DNA of 64,000 nucleotides, taken from a virus. Taxonomy: Duplodnaviria; Caudoviricetes. The DNA lies in IMG/VR virus record IMGVR_UViG_3300043748_000050, positions 34,040-98,039 of that record; one strand, 5' to 3'. Of the stretch, positions 25,064-34,980 are shown in pieces (positions within the stretch are counted from its first letter, which is position 1; each line of letters opens with the position of its first letter). Made by a program: the position numbers and the translations under genes. Under the pieces are notes generated by a model. The model worked only from the letters and a program-made list of their open reading frames with translations. It was not told the origin of the DNA and did no database searches.

Positions 25064-28000
25064 ATGACCACATTCGTGGGCACTGACCAGGGGCGGGTGT
25101 CCGACCACACCCCGCAGGTATCCGACAGTCACGCGGGGGAGCTGGACGCCAGCGAGATCGCACACGACGTGCGGGACGCCCGGGGCTACGAGACCCTCTA
25201 CGGCACCGACGAGGACAAGGCGTTTCTGCGGCAGCAGAAGATTCCGTACTGGGCCTGGAAAGAGGACTCCGCCTTCCCGGGACTGCTCTTGCCGATGTAC
25301 CGGGTGACCGGCGAGAAGATCGGCGTGATGTTCAAGCCCGGCGAACCGCAGGTGCTCAACACGAAGAAGGTGAAGTACGCAACCCAAGTGGGCAAGGCCC
25401 GCTTGGACATCCCGCCGACCGTGGCGCACCTGGTCCGGCCGACCGAGCCCGAGATGCTCCGTGAGTTCCCCCTGTGGATCACGGAAGGGATCAAGAAAGC
25501 TGATGCCCTCGCGTCCAAGGGCATCGCCACAGTCACCTTGTCCGGGGTCTACAACTGGCGGGCGACCCTCGGCACACTCGGGGACTGGGAGGAAGTCCCC
25601 CTCAAGGGTCGCAGGGTCATCATCTGCTTTGACGCCGACGCCCGGCACAAGCCGGACGTCTTGCAGGCCATGCTCCGTCTGGGCCGGTGGCTGGAGACCC
25701 GGCGAGTGGAGAGCGTCTTCTACCTGATCGTTCCCGAGGAAGTGAACGGGGTCGAGGTCAAGGGCGTCGACGATTTCTTCCACGCAGGCGGCACGCTGGG
25801 CGACCTGCGGGACGCGGCCACACAGATCGCCCCGTCGGACAACACCAGGGACGCCGCGTTCAGCGACGCCGTCCTGGTCGAAACCCTGTGCATGGAAACC
25901 CTGGAAGGCCGATACCGGTGGGCATCCGGACTCGGGTGGCTGAACTGGAACGGCAACGTGTGGTCTGAATGCTCCGAGGCCCAGGTTCTGGAAGAGATCC
26001 GGCTATGGGCCCGCGCAGGGTGGGACCGGACCCTGGAGGAGATGCGCGGGGGCAAGGATCTGAGTTCCCAACTGGCCGGATGGAAGGGCGCGATGTCGGC
26101 CAGCAAGCTGGCTAGCCTACTCAAGCTCGCCCGGGGCGTGAGCGGGATCCTGGCCGACGCGACTGATTTCGACTACGACCCGGACGTCATCAACTGTCAG
26201 AACGGCATCCTGGACCTGCGCACAGGGGTTCTGACGCCTCACGACCCCGACCGTCTCATGACGAAGATCACCGGGTGTGACTACGTCCCGGGGGCGACGC
26301 ACCCCGACTGGACCACGGCGCTGGAGGCCGTCCCGGGCGACTCCCGCGACTGGTTCCAGACCCGCAGCGGCCAGGCCCTCACCGGACACACCCCGCCGGA
26401 CGACTTGATCCTCATCCTCCAGGGCGGCGGATCCAACGGGAAGTCGTCGGTGATGGACACCATCGCCAAGGCCGCCGGGAAGAAGGGCGGCTACCACACG
26501 GCCGTGTCCGACAAGGCGCTGCTCGGCAACGCCTCGGAGGGCCACTCCACGGAGATGATGCCGTTCATGGGCGCCCGCCTCGCCGTGCTGGAGGAGACGC
26601 CGGAGGCCAAGCGGCTGGACGTCACCCGGGTCAAGAAGCTCGCCGGCACCGAGCAGATCACCGCGCGCAAGATCCGCCAGGACAACGTCACCTTCATCAC
26701 GACGCACACCCTGATCATCAACACCAACTTCAAGCCGCTGGTGGACGAGACCGACCACGGTACGTGGCGCCGGCTCGCGATGCTGTGCTTCCCGTTCACC
26801 TACCGCAAGCCCGGAGAGGCTTGCACGGGCCCGAACGACAAGCGAGGAGACCAGAACCTGCGCCAGCGTCTGCGGACGGACGACGGCCCCCGTACCGAGG
26901 CCGCGCTGGCGTGGATGGTGGAGGGCGCCCGCAAGTGGTACGGGGACGGCCAGGTCATGTCCGCACCGCCGGAGCGGGTGGAGAGGGACACCCTGGAGTG
27001 GCGCAAGGAATCGGACCTGATCCTGTCCTTCATCGGGGACGTGCTGGCGTTCGACTGGAACAGCCACATCCTCTCCAAGGAGCTGCACGAGGTCTTCAAC
27101 AGGTACCTGGCCGACAAGGGTCACCGGGAGTGGACGGACCGCACGTTCGTCAGCCGATTCGGAAGCCACGACGAGTGCGCACGGAACTCAGTCCAGCGGA
27201 AGAAGATCAGGGTTCGGGACGGCCGGTCGACGCTGGGCGGACCGCCGCCCAAGGGCGTCAACTACCACGCGTGGATCGGGATCAAGTTCCAGAGCCCGGA
27301 CGGAAAAGACGAGGTCAACGAGGGTGAGCCGGAAGGTGTACCCCCTGTACCTTCTTCTCCGGTTAACGCTGAAAATGCTTCTCCTATAGAGGTAACCGAC
27401 GAAGGAGGTACAGCGGGTACACGCCCCGAACCACCTGCTGACGCGGACCCCTTCGGAGAAGATCCTTTCGCGGAAGCGGAATCCGATCACACCCCTTCGG
27501 CCGCCATCCCGGCACCCGCAGCACCCCCGGCCGCCGAGACCGTCCAGCGCGCCGGCGGCGGGGCCATCGGGTTCGACATCGAGTCCCACTCCGTCCTACA
27601 GCTGTTCACCCACACCGACCTCGGCGGGGACCCGTACACCAAGCTGTCCGGCTACGTCATCGAGGACGGCACGGAGGTGGTCGTCAACTCCCCGGCGGAG
27701 CTCATCAAGCGCCTCGAGGACGCGGACGAGATCTACGGCCACAACCTGCTCGGGTTCGACCTGATGGCCCTCGCCCGCCACCACGGCGCCGACTACGACG
27801 CCCTGGCCGCCAAGACGGTGGACACCATGCGGTGGGCCATGACCGTCGACCCGCCCGGCGCCAAGGGCGAGAAGCCGTGGTCCACCAAGGGCTACTACAG
27901 CCTGGACGGCCTCGCCGGCCGGCTCGGCATGCCCGGCAAGACGGACAACCTGCGGGCCCTCGCCATCAAGCACGCGCCCGAGGAGATCGACGGCCGCAAG

Positions 28001-29467
28001 CTGACCGACGACGAGCGGGCCGAGATCGGGTACGGCCGGATCCCCGCCGATGACCCGGAGTACCGCAGCTACTTCAGCGGCGACCTGAAGGCGACCCGGG
28101 GCGTGCGGCGCGCTCTCGGTGAGCCATCGGACTACGTCCGGCGCGAGATGCGCGTGGCCCACCTCCAGCACCGCATGACGTTCAACGGCTGGCGCGTGGA
28201 CGTCCCCGAGCTGACCCGGCTGGTGCAGGCCGAGGAGGACAAGCGGCAGGAATCCCTCCAGTGGCTGCACGAGAACTGCGGCGTGCCGCTCACCGAGACG
28301 GTCGGCACGGGCCGGGGCAAAAACCGCGTCTTCACCGAGGTGCCGAGGAAGGCCCCACTGTCTTCCAATGAGGGTCGAGACGCGCTCATCCGGGCGTTCG
28401 CCGACCGGGGTCTGCCTTACTACCTTCGGACGGCCTCCGGAACGCTCGCCACCAGCAAGGACGCGCTGGGGGACACCGCGTACCTGGTGGGCAAGGGCAA
28501 AGAGACTCGCGAGCTGCCCGCCCTGCTCAACCCCAACCGGCGCGTGCTCCACCCGGACGCGGACTGGGCGGCCATCGAGGAGATGGCGAGTCACATCGGC
28601 CTCGTGACGTCCTCGGTGCAGAAGTACGCGGAAATCCAGAAGCACCTCGTAGGGGACCGGGTGCACCCGAAGGTCGGCGACCTCCAGGCGTCTGGCCGAT
28701 GGGCGTACGTCAACCCGTCGGTGACCAACATGGGCAAGCGCGGCGGCAAGGTCCACCAGCGCCGTCCGATGATCGCGGACGACGGCATGCTGCTGATCGC
28801 GTTCGACCTGGATCAGGTCGACATGCGTGCCGTGGCCGGCCACAGCCAGGACCAGGCGTACATGGCGCTGTTCGAGCCCGGCATGGATGCGCACAGCATG
28901 GTCACCGACGCGGTGTTCGGCCGGGACAACTGCGAGTGCGCCGGGCCGAAGCACACCTGCGAGTGGCGGGACAAGTCCAAGGCGTCCGGCCACGGTTGGA
29001 ACTACGGCATGGGTGTGAACAGCCTGGTGCTGCGCCAGGGTGTCGAGCGGACCGTGGCTCAGCAGTTCGATGATCAGATGAACAGCCAGTTCCCCGGGCT
29101 GTGCGCCTGGAGGACTGAGGTCCGCGACCGGGGCAAGGCCGGCGAGATGCTGGACAACGGGTTCGGACGGCTCATGCGCTGCAACCCCGACCGGGCGTGG
29201 ACGCAGGCGCCCGCGCTGATGGGCCAGGGCGGCGCCCGGGACATCATGTGCGAAGCCCTGCTGCGGCTGGTCGAGCGGGCCCCGGAGGCCACGGAGTGGC
29301 TGCGCTGCGTCGTCCATGACGAGGTGGTCCTGTGCGTCCCCGGGGACCGCGTGGAGGAGATCAGCGCGACGGTGCTGGACGCGTTCAGCTTCGAGTTCAA
29401 GGGCGTGCCGATCACGGCCGGGGCGAGCAAGGCGTCGGTCACGTGGAGCGGTTGCTACGCGAAGTGA
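25064..29467 (+). CDS. primase (TOPRIM/DUF3854)-D5/P4 SF3 helicase-family A DNA polymerase fusion
   Basis: ITEGIKKA and ICFDAD; D5_N; GGSNGKS; FDIES and GHNLLGFD exonuclease motifs; FDLDQVD, RDKSKASGHGWNYG, VHDE. Confidence 0.9.
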   Translation: MTTFVGTDQGRVSDHTPQVSDSHAGELDASEIAHDVRDARGYETLYGTDEDKAFLRQQKIPYWAWKEDSAFPGLLLPMYRVTGEKIGVMFKPGEPQVLNTKKVKYATQVGKARLDIPPTVAHLVRPTEPEMLREFPLWITEGIKKADALASKGIATVTLSGVYNWRATLGTLGDWEEVPLKGRRVIICFDADARHKPDVLQAMLRLGRWLETRRVESVFYLIVPEEVNGVEVKGVDDFFHAGGTLGDLRDAATQIAPSDNTRDAAFSDAVLVETLCMETLEGRYRWASGLGWLNWNGNVWSECSEAQVLEEIRLWARAGWDRTLEEMRGGKDLSSQLAGWKGAMSASKLASLLKLARGVSGILADATDFDYDPDVINCQNGILDLRTGVLTPHDPDRLMTKITGCDYVPGATHPDWTTALEAVPGDSRDWFQTRSGQALTGHTPPDDLILILQGGGSNGKSSVMDTIAKAAGKKGGYHTAVSDKALLGNASEGHSTEMMPFMGARLAVLEETPEAKRLDVTRVKKLAGTEQITARKIRQDNVTFITTHTLIINTNFKPLVDETDHGTWRRLAMLCFPFTYRKPGEACTGPNDKRGDQNLRQRLRTDDGPRTEAALAWMVEGARKWYGDGQVMSAPPERVERDTLEWRKESDLILSFIGDVLAFDWNSHILSKELHEVFNRYLADKGHREWTDRTFVSRFGSHDECARNSVQRKKIRVRDGRSTLGGPPPKGVNYHAWIGIKFQSPDGKDEVNEGEPEGVPPVPSSPVNAENASPIEVTDEGGTAGTRPEPPADADPFGEDPFAEAESDHTPSAAIPAPAAPPAAETVQRAGGGAIGFDIESHSVLQLFTHTDLGGDPYTKLSGYVIEDGTEVVVNSPAELIKRLEDADEIYGHNLLGFDLMALARHHGADYDALAAKTVDTMRWAMTVDPPGAKGEKPWSTKGYYSLDGLAGRLGMPGKTDNLRALAIKHAPEEIDGRKLTDDERAEIGYGRIPADDPEYRSYFSGDLKATRGVRRALGEPSDYVRREMRVAHLQHRMTFNGWRVDVPELTRLVQAEEDKRQESLQWLHENCGVPLTETVGTGRGKNRVFTEVPRKAPLSSNEGRDALIRAFADRGLPYYLRTASGTLATSKDALGDTAYLVGKGKETRELPALLNPNRRVLHPDADWAAIEEMASHIGLVTSSVQKYAEIQKHLVGDRVHPKVGDLQASGRWAYVNPSVTNMGKRGGKVHQRRPMIADDGMLLIAFDLDQVDMRAVAGHSQDQAYMALFEPGMDAHSMVTDAVFGRDNCECAGPKHTCEWRDKSKASGHGWNYGMGVNSLVLRQGVERTVAQQFDDQMNSQFPGLCAWRTEVRDRGKAGEMLDNGFGRLMRCNPDRAWTQAPALMGQGGARDIMCEALLRLVERAPEATEWLRCVVHDEVVLCVPGDRVEEISATVLDAFSFEFKGVPITAGASKASVTWSGCYAK
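27336..27422. repeat. 22-bp inverted repeat around an AT-richer spacer (origin candidate)
   Basis: GTGTACCCCCTGTACCTTCTTC ... GAAGGAGGTACAGCGGGTACAC, 2 mismatches. Confidence 0.6.
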
Positions 29468-29511
29468 GCTGGTCGGGACAGCTCGAGGGGGTTGTCCCGG
29501 CACCGTCCAGA

Positions 29512-29527
29512 TGGTTTAATTAAATCG
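29512..29527. promoter_or_regulatory. 16-bp conserved inverted repeat
   Basis: TGGTTTAATTAAATCG, followed by hairpin and GACCAAGGAA. Confidence 0.75.
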
Positions 29528-29565
29528 AAGGGTTCGACCGAACCCCGACCAAGGAAGGCAGGACC

Positions 29566-30213
29566 ATGACGACCACGCTGGAACGTCTGGCCACCGAGCC
29601 GAAGCACGACCCGTCCATTCTCCTGCCGAACGTGTGGGACGAGACGTTCCGCTGCATCGATGTGCAGTGCCCGTGCGGCAGCACGACGCGGGTCCGCGAC
29701 GGCGTCCTGACCACGCACGAACCGAAGTCGACGTGGGGCCTGAACGGTCAGCGGCACCCCGTGATCCGGGACGCGTACGGCGTCGGAGTCACCTGCCGCT
29801 ACACCGGCCGGACCGTCACCCTCGCCGCCGCCCTGAAGCGCGACAACGTCCTGACCCCGGCCGAGGCGTACATCCGGGACACCACGCGGGCCCGGCTCGA
29901 AGCAGGCATCGCGGATACGGCTCCCGAGGGCTACGCCCTGCCGAAGCCGGTCGCCGCCCTGTTCGCGCTCGCCGAGGCCAACGGCTGGCGGACGCAGCAG
30001 GCATGGGCACCCCGGGACGACGGCTTCGTCCTGAACCTCCGGTTGAGCCGGCCAGGCGGCTGGCAGTACGACCTGAGCTACTTCGTTGCCCCGGGCGTCG
30101 CCCGCCGGACCAAGTTCGGGCTGTGCCACACCCCGGACCGCAGGGGTGTGTACGACACCCCGTCCATCAAGGCCATCACCACGGTGATCCGGGCCAACCC
30201 GGTGGAGGGCTGA
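29566..30213 (+). CDS. hypothetical protein (215 aa)
   Basis: Cassette leader, high GC3. Confidence 0.75.
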   Translation: MTTTLERLATEPKHDPSILLPNVWDETFRCIDVQCPCGSTTRVRDGVLTTHEPKSTWGLNGQRHPVIRDAYGVGVTCRYTGRTVTLAAALKRDNVLTPAEAYIRDTTRARLEAGIADTAPEGYALPKPVAALFALAEANGWRTQQAWAPRDDGFVLNLRLSRPGGWQYDLSYFVAPGVARRTKFGLCHTPDRRGVYDTPSIKAITTVIRANPVEG

Positions 30214-30216
30214 GCT

Positions 30217-30405
30217 GTGAACAAGCGGGAGATCCGCCAGGAGGCCAACTTCCGGGCCGGGCTGATCCTGGACTCCGTCATCGCCGCCGGCTGGTCGATG
30301 GACCCGAGCGTGGTGAGCAAGTACGGCCAGGACGTCGCCGATGCCATCTCGGAGGAGATCGAGGACATCGCGCGGACGCTTCGTAACCGGGGAGGGCGGG
30401 AGTAG
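30217..30405 (+). CDS. hypothetical protein (62 aa)
   Basis: Operon position. Confidence 0.6.
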   Translation: MNKREIRQEANFRAGLILDSVIAAGWSMDPSVVSKYGQDVADAISEEIEDIARTLRNRGGRE

Positions 30406-30749
30406 TGGGCTACGCCAGCCACGGGGGACTTTGCCCGCTGTGCGGTAACTACGCCTCGCGCACTGCCACGGGGAAGCAGTACCGGCACCGTGGCGCAGGC
30501 CGCCTGAACGGGCGTGAGCTGGAGTGCTACGCGTCCGGCGTGATGTTCGAGGTCGCCCGGCAGATGCGGGCCAACAAGGACGCCGGGCGGCACCCGCACC
30601 GCAACGAGGACGGGTCGTGGATCTACGTATGCGCCCGGTGCGGACGGCAGGCGATCCCGCAGCCCGTTCGGTGCGAATCGAAGACAGCGGCACACTGCGT
30701 TCGTCCACCGCTGCAACTGCCCGTCAGGAAGCTGGAGAACGACGGATGA
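30405..30749 (+). CDS. Cys-rich hypothetical protein
   Basis: CPLCG, CARCG; coupled. Confidence 0.5.
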   Translation: MGYASHGGLCPLCGNYASRTATGKQYRHRGAGRLNGRELECYASGVMFEVARQMRANKDAGRHPHRNEDGSWIYVCARCGRQAIPQPVRCESKTAAHCVRPPLQLPVRKLENDG

Positions 30750-31216
30750 ACGAGCGACGCACCCGGCTGGTCGTGGACATCGTCTGGAACGGCCCGGACG
30801 CAGGCGGTCTGGCGAAGACGGAGCACTACCACGACGACAACGAACTGGCCGACGTCGCCGGCGACTGGATAGTCGGCGCGTTCACCGACCGGGACGACTC
30901 GCCACGCGTCCACGTGACTGCCGTCGACGGGGCGTCGGCCGACCGGAGTCGGGATAGCGGAGAGGCGCTTCTAGCCGTGCGTTCGGTGCTCTCCGGCGCC
31001 GAGTCTGCTCTGGAACGGCTGGGGCCGGACGGGACGAAGCTGGAGTGGCCGCCTCGCATTCCGGGTCAGAAGGAGTGGGAGAACTACCGCAAGCGGGCTC
31101 ACGAGATGTTCGAGGACCCCGACGCTCCGGCGATGCGGAACGCCTTGCGGCTGGCCGTGGGGCTGCTGAACCCCTGGCGGAAGACGGGGCGCACCACGCG
31201 GTCCACCTGCCTGTGA
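30746..31216 (+). CDS. hypothetical protein
   Basis: ATGA coupling, MNERRTRL. Confidence 0.55.
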   Translation: MNERRTRLVVDIVWNGPDAGGLAKTEHYHDDNELADVAGDWIVGAFTDRDDSPRVHVTAVDGASADRSRDSGEALLAVRSVLSGAESALERLGPDGTKLEWPPRIPGQKEWENYRKRAHEMFEDPDAPAMRNALRLAVGLLNPWRKTGRTTRSTCL

Positions 31217-31249
31217 CGGGGTACCGACCAAGGAACCGAGGAAGACACG

Positions 31250-31648
31250 ATGAAGGCACTCACCGTAAAACAGCCGTGGGCGGACGCGATCACCCACGGT
31301 ATGAAGCACACCGAGAACCGGACGTGGCTGCCGCCGCAGAACACCGGTGCTCACATCCTGATCCACGCTGGCGCTGCGTACGACCCGATGGGCCGGTTCG
31401 TCATCACCGACTGGACCACCCTCGAGTCCTGGCCCGACACACGAGGCGCGATCGTCGCCGTGGCCGAGATCGGCGGCGTCCACCTCGCCGAGAACGGGTG
31501 TTGCGCGCCGTGGGGTCAGCCGGGCGTGTATCACTGGACGCTAGAAGATGTCATCGCGCTCCCCGAGCCGGTGCCGTGCGGAGGCCGTCAGAAGCTGTGG
31601 ACTCCTGACGACGACGTCCTGGCGGAGGTCCGACGGCAGCTCGCCTGA
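31250..31648 (+). CDS. ASCH domain protein
   Basis: MKALTVKQPWA..I..G.K..ENR, LIHAG, GAIV. Confidence 0.85.
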   Translation: MKALTVKQPWADAITHGMKHTENRTWLPPQNTGAHILIHAGAAYDPMGRFVITDWTTLESWPDTRGAIVAVAEIGGVHLAENGCCAPWGQPGVYHWTLEDVIALPEPVPCGGRQKLWTPDDDVLAEVRRQLA

Positions 31649-31662
31649 CGCAGCGAACCGAC

Positions 31663-31694
31663 GAAGCCCGGGAGCCCTCATGGCCCTGGGCTTC
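31663..31694 (+). terminator. terminator hairpin
   Basis: GAAGCCCGGG/CCTGGGCTTC. Confidence 0.6.
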
Positions 31695-31753
31695 TTCGTG
31701 CTCCGGAACGATCATGGGTCCTTCGGACCTTAACATCGCGGCGACACCAGACC

Positions 31754-32428
31754 ATGGAGGGCGCCGCGATGCTCACGACCGTCGGGACCGAACCGGTCAG
31801 CCTGGAAGACCTTGAGCCCTTTCCGGGCAACGCCCGTCGGGGCGACGTCGACATGATCCTGGGCTCCCTGCGCGCGAACGGCCAGTACAAGCCGCTCACG
31901 GTGCGCCGCAAGGGCGACGCGATGACGATCCTCGCCGGCAACCACACCTTCCTCGCGCTGCTGCGACACGAGGAGGACGACCGGGCCGGCTGCGCCGACT
32001 GGGAGCTGTCCCACGACCGGCCGTGCCAGCTCTGCATCGCCGTCGACAAGGACGACCCGACGGCGCTCGCCCACCTCATCGAGTGCGACGACGCCACGGC
32101 GACGCGGATCAACCTGGTGGACAACCGCGTCGCCGACGTCGGCGACTACGACCAGGCCGCCCTCGCGGCCCTGCTCGCCGTCCTCGAGGACGACCTGGTC
32201 GGTACCGGCTACGCCGTCAGCGAGGCGGACCTGTTCACCGCCGGCGAGGACACGGCGGACGAGCCGCTGCCCGCCGATCGACTCCCCGAGCCGGGCGACG
32301 CCGAGGTCTCTCACGCGGAACCGACCTGGGGTGTCGTCGTCCGGTGTGCGAACGAGACGCAGCAGACCACGCTCCTGGAAAAGCTGATCGCCGAGGGTCT
32401 CGACGTGCGCGCCCTGTCGGTGATGTGA
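31754..32428 (+). CDS. ParB-like N-terminal domain protein
   Basis: PGNARRG, SL..NGQYKPL, ILAGNH, LVDNR. Confidence 0.8.
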   Translation: MEGAAMLTTVGTEPVSLEDLEPFPGNARRGDVDMILGSLRANGQYKPLTVRRKGDAMTILAGNHTFLALLRHEEDDRAGCADWELSHDRPCQLCIAVDKDDPTALAHLIECDDATATRINLVDNRVADVGDYDQAALAALLAVLEDDLVGTGYAVSEADLFTAGEDTADEPLPADRLPEPGDAEVSHAEPTWGVVVRCANETQQTTLLEKLIAEGLDVRALSVM

Positions 32429-32429
32429 C

Positions 32430-33518
32430 GTGGACATCTCAGTCAGGCTCGAAACACCGGTGATGAAGTCGGCCCGCGTTCTTCAGGTCGCGGGAATGTT
32501 CGACGTCCCGCTCGAGCAGCGCCTCACCCACGAGCTGGACGCGGTGCTGCCGCTCGAGGAGCAGCCGTGGACGATCGGTCTCATAACCGGCCCGTCCGGC
32601 GCCGGGAAGTCGACGCTGGCCCGGCAGGTGTGGGGCGACGCGGTGATGAAGGGGTTCGACTGGAGCCCCGACCGGGCGATCGTGGACGACTTCCCCGACG
32701 GGCTGCCGATGAAGGACGTCGTCGGTCTGCTCACGTCGGTGGGTCTCGGTTCCCCGCCGGCGTGGATCCGGCCGCACCGTACGCTGTCCAACGGCGAGGC
32801 GTTCCGCGCCGACATGGCCCGCGCGCTCGCCTCCGCCGGTGATGTGACCGTGGTCGATGAGTTCACGTCGGTGGTGGACCGGCAGGTGGCTCGGATAGTC
32901 AGCCACGCCGTGCAGAAAGCGGTGCGCAAGGCCAAGAGGCCGTTCGTCGCGGTGACGTGCCATTACGACGTGGAGGACTGGCTCCAGCCCGACTGGACGT
33001 TCGACGTCGCCACAGGCCGGTTCGCGTGGAGGTCGGTTCAACCCCACCCACCCGTCCGGCTCGAAATCCACCAGGTGGACCGTACCGCCTGGCCCGCCTT
33101 CCGCCGTCATCACTATCTGAGCGGAAGCATTCAGGGCGCGGCGAAGTGCTTCGGCGGGTTCATCGACGGCGAGCTGATCGCGTTTAGTGCGTACCTGCAC
33201 TTCCCGCACCCGCACGTTCGAAACATCAAGATGGACCACCGGACCGTAGTCCTGCCTGACTATCAGGGTCTCGGCATCAGCGGCCGGATGGTCGAGTGGA
33301 TCGGGCAGACGCTGGCCGGACAGGGGTTCCGTTACCGGCGCACCATCACGCACCCGGCCGTTATCGCGTATTGCGCCCGGTCGCCACGGTGGCGGGAGGT
33401 CACAGCGCGCGTAAGCCTCCGGCCCGGCAAGAAGTCGGAGATGACTGCGCGGTTCTCCGACCCGAGGCGCCTCGCGCTCAGGTCGTTCGAGTATGTACCG
33501 CCCGCCGAAGGAGGATGA
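32430..33518 (+). CDS. ABC ATPase-GNAT acyltransferase fusion
   Basis: GPSGAGKST, LSNGE, VVDEF, TCH; HHYL, VVLPDYQGLGI. Confidence 0.85.
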   Translation: MDISVRLETPVMKSARVLQVAGMFDVPLEQRLTHELDAVLPLEEQPWTIGLITGPSGAGKSTLARQVWGDAVMKGFDWSPDRAIVDDFPDGLPMKDVVGLLTSVGLGSPPAWIRPHRTLSNGEAFRADMARALASAGDVTVVDEFTSVVDRQVARIVSHAVQKAVRKAKRPFVAVTCHYDVEDWLQPDWTFDVATGRFAWRSVQPHPPVRLEIHQVDRTAWPAFRRHHYLSGSIQGAAKCFGGFIDGELIAFSAYLHFPHPHVRNIKMDHRTVVLPDYQGLGISGRMVEWIGQTLAGQGFRYRRTITHPAVIAYCARSPRWREVTARVSLRPGKKSEMTARFSDPRRLALRSFEYVPPAEGG

Positions 33519-33519
33519 C

Positions 33520-34074
33520 ATGGTGAACCTCGGGCCCACGGAGCCCTACCAGCCGAGGCCCGGAGATCTCGGGCTCACGCAGATCAGCGGCTGGGGTGGC
33601 AAGGCGATCCGCCTCGGGCAGTGGCTCAACGGGGACGGATACGCCGACTACGAACACACCTACGTCGTGACCGGGACGGACCCGGACGGCACGGTGTGGA
33701 TCGTGGAGGCGATGCCCGGCGGCGCGCAGCACGTGGGCAACTGGCACGACCCGGCGCGCACCCGCTATCTGGTCTGCCCGGACGAGTACCGGGAGGCCGT
33801 CGCATCGATCGCCGTGCGCCAGGCGGACCGGAAGGTTCCGTACTCCGCCCTGGACTATGAGGCCCTGGCGCTGCACCGGTTCCACGTCCCGGCGCCGGGC
33901 CTGCGCGCGTACATCGAGAGCAGCGGCCACCAGATCTGCTCCCAGCTCGCGGACTACTGCGCGGCGAAGGGCGGCTGGCACCTGTTCAACGACAACCGCT
34001 GGCCGGGCTACGTCACTCCCGGGGACTTGAACCGGCTGTGGGAGCAGCAGAACCGGTCAGAGAACAGTCGTTAA
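33520..34074 (+). CDS. permuted NlpC/P60 papain-like protein
   Basis: PGD, EHTYV, VEA, PY, ICSQL (His before Cys). Confidence 0.65.
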   Translation: MVNLGPTEPYQPRPGDLGLTQISGWGGKAIRLGQWLNGDGYADYEHTYVVTGTDPDGTVWIVEAMPGGAQHVGNWHDPARTRYLVCPDEYREAVASIAVRQADRKVPYSALDYEALALHRFHVPAPGLRAYIESSGHQICSQLADYCAAKGGWHLFNDNRWPGYVTPGDLNRLWEQQNRSENSR

Positions 34075-34093
34075 CTGAAGGTGGTGGTTAAGC

Positions 34094-34738
34094 ATGGCCA
34101 AGGGCGACCCTCCCAACCAGCAGCCCAGCCACCGTGCGCACGTGGCGCAGCGGCGCACCCGCGCCATCGAGCTCAAGAACCGGGGCCTGAGCTGGCAACA
34201 GGTCGCCGAGCAGATGTCCGGCGAGTATCCCGAGTACCTGGACGGCGACGGCAACGTGTCGGCCGCCTACGCGTGCGTGGACGTCTCCCGCGCGCTGAAG
34301 CAGGCCAACAAAGAGTTGAGCATGGGCCTGGAGGAGTACCGCGAGGCGGCGCGGATGCGGCTCGACGGCTTGCGTCGCCAGATCTTCGCCGTCCTCGCCC
34401 GGCCCCACTACGTCCTGCACCAGGGCCAGTTCGTGATCGATGAGCAGGGCAACAAGGTCCGCGACGACGGCCCGGTGCTCGCGGCCGTGGACCGGCTTCT
34501 CAAGATCGAAGAGCGCCAGGCCAAGATCGACGGCACCGACGCCAGCGAGAAGCTGACGATCGCGCTGGACCGGCGCGTGGACGAGGAAACCACGGTAGTG
34601 GTGGAGTCCATTCTGGCTGGGGCGAATGCGGTCGACCTGGAACCGGCTCAGCGTCAGCGCATGCTCGAGGCCGCCGGAGCGCACCTGCGCACGCTGGAGG
34701 GCGAAGTCGTCTCGGAGACGGAGGAACCCGGATCATGA
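34094..34738 (+). CDS. terminase small subunit-like HTH protein
   Basis: RRTRAIELKNRGLSWQQVA, RLD, AVDRLLKIEERQAKIDG. Confidence 0.65.
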   Translation: MAKGDPPNQQPSHRAHVAQRRTRAIELKNRGLSWQQVAEQMSGEYPEYLDGDGNVSAAYACVDVSRALKQANKELSMGLEEYREAARMRLDGLRRQIFAVLARPHYVLHQGQFVIDEQGNKVRDDGPVLAAVDRLLKIEERQAKIDGTDASEKLTIALDRRVDEETTVVVESILAGANAVDLEPAQRQRMLEAAGAHLRTLEGEVVSETEEPGS

Positions 34739-34980
34739 CCCTGACACAGCGCGTCAGCAATCCTCTTCGGGGTGCGCAGGAGTTCACCATCAACTCGGGC
34801 ATGGAGCGCGACGGCATACAGCAGCGGATCTGTCTGCATCCGGACCGCACGCTCACAGCGATAGGCGCCGGGGTGCTACGGGAGTGGATAGTGGAGTGCG
34901 ACTACTGCCCCCAGTACGTCACGATCGCCGAGGGAGCCGGGGTACCCGACCTCGCCGCCTGGTACTGGAGGGTGTCGTGA
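34735..34980 (+). CDS. hypothetical protein
   Basis: ATGA coupling; CDYC. Confidence 0.5.
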   Translation: MTLTQRVSNPLRGAQEFTINSGMERDGIQQRICLHPDRTLTAIGAGVLREWIVECDYCPQYVTIAEGAGVPDLAAWYWRVS

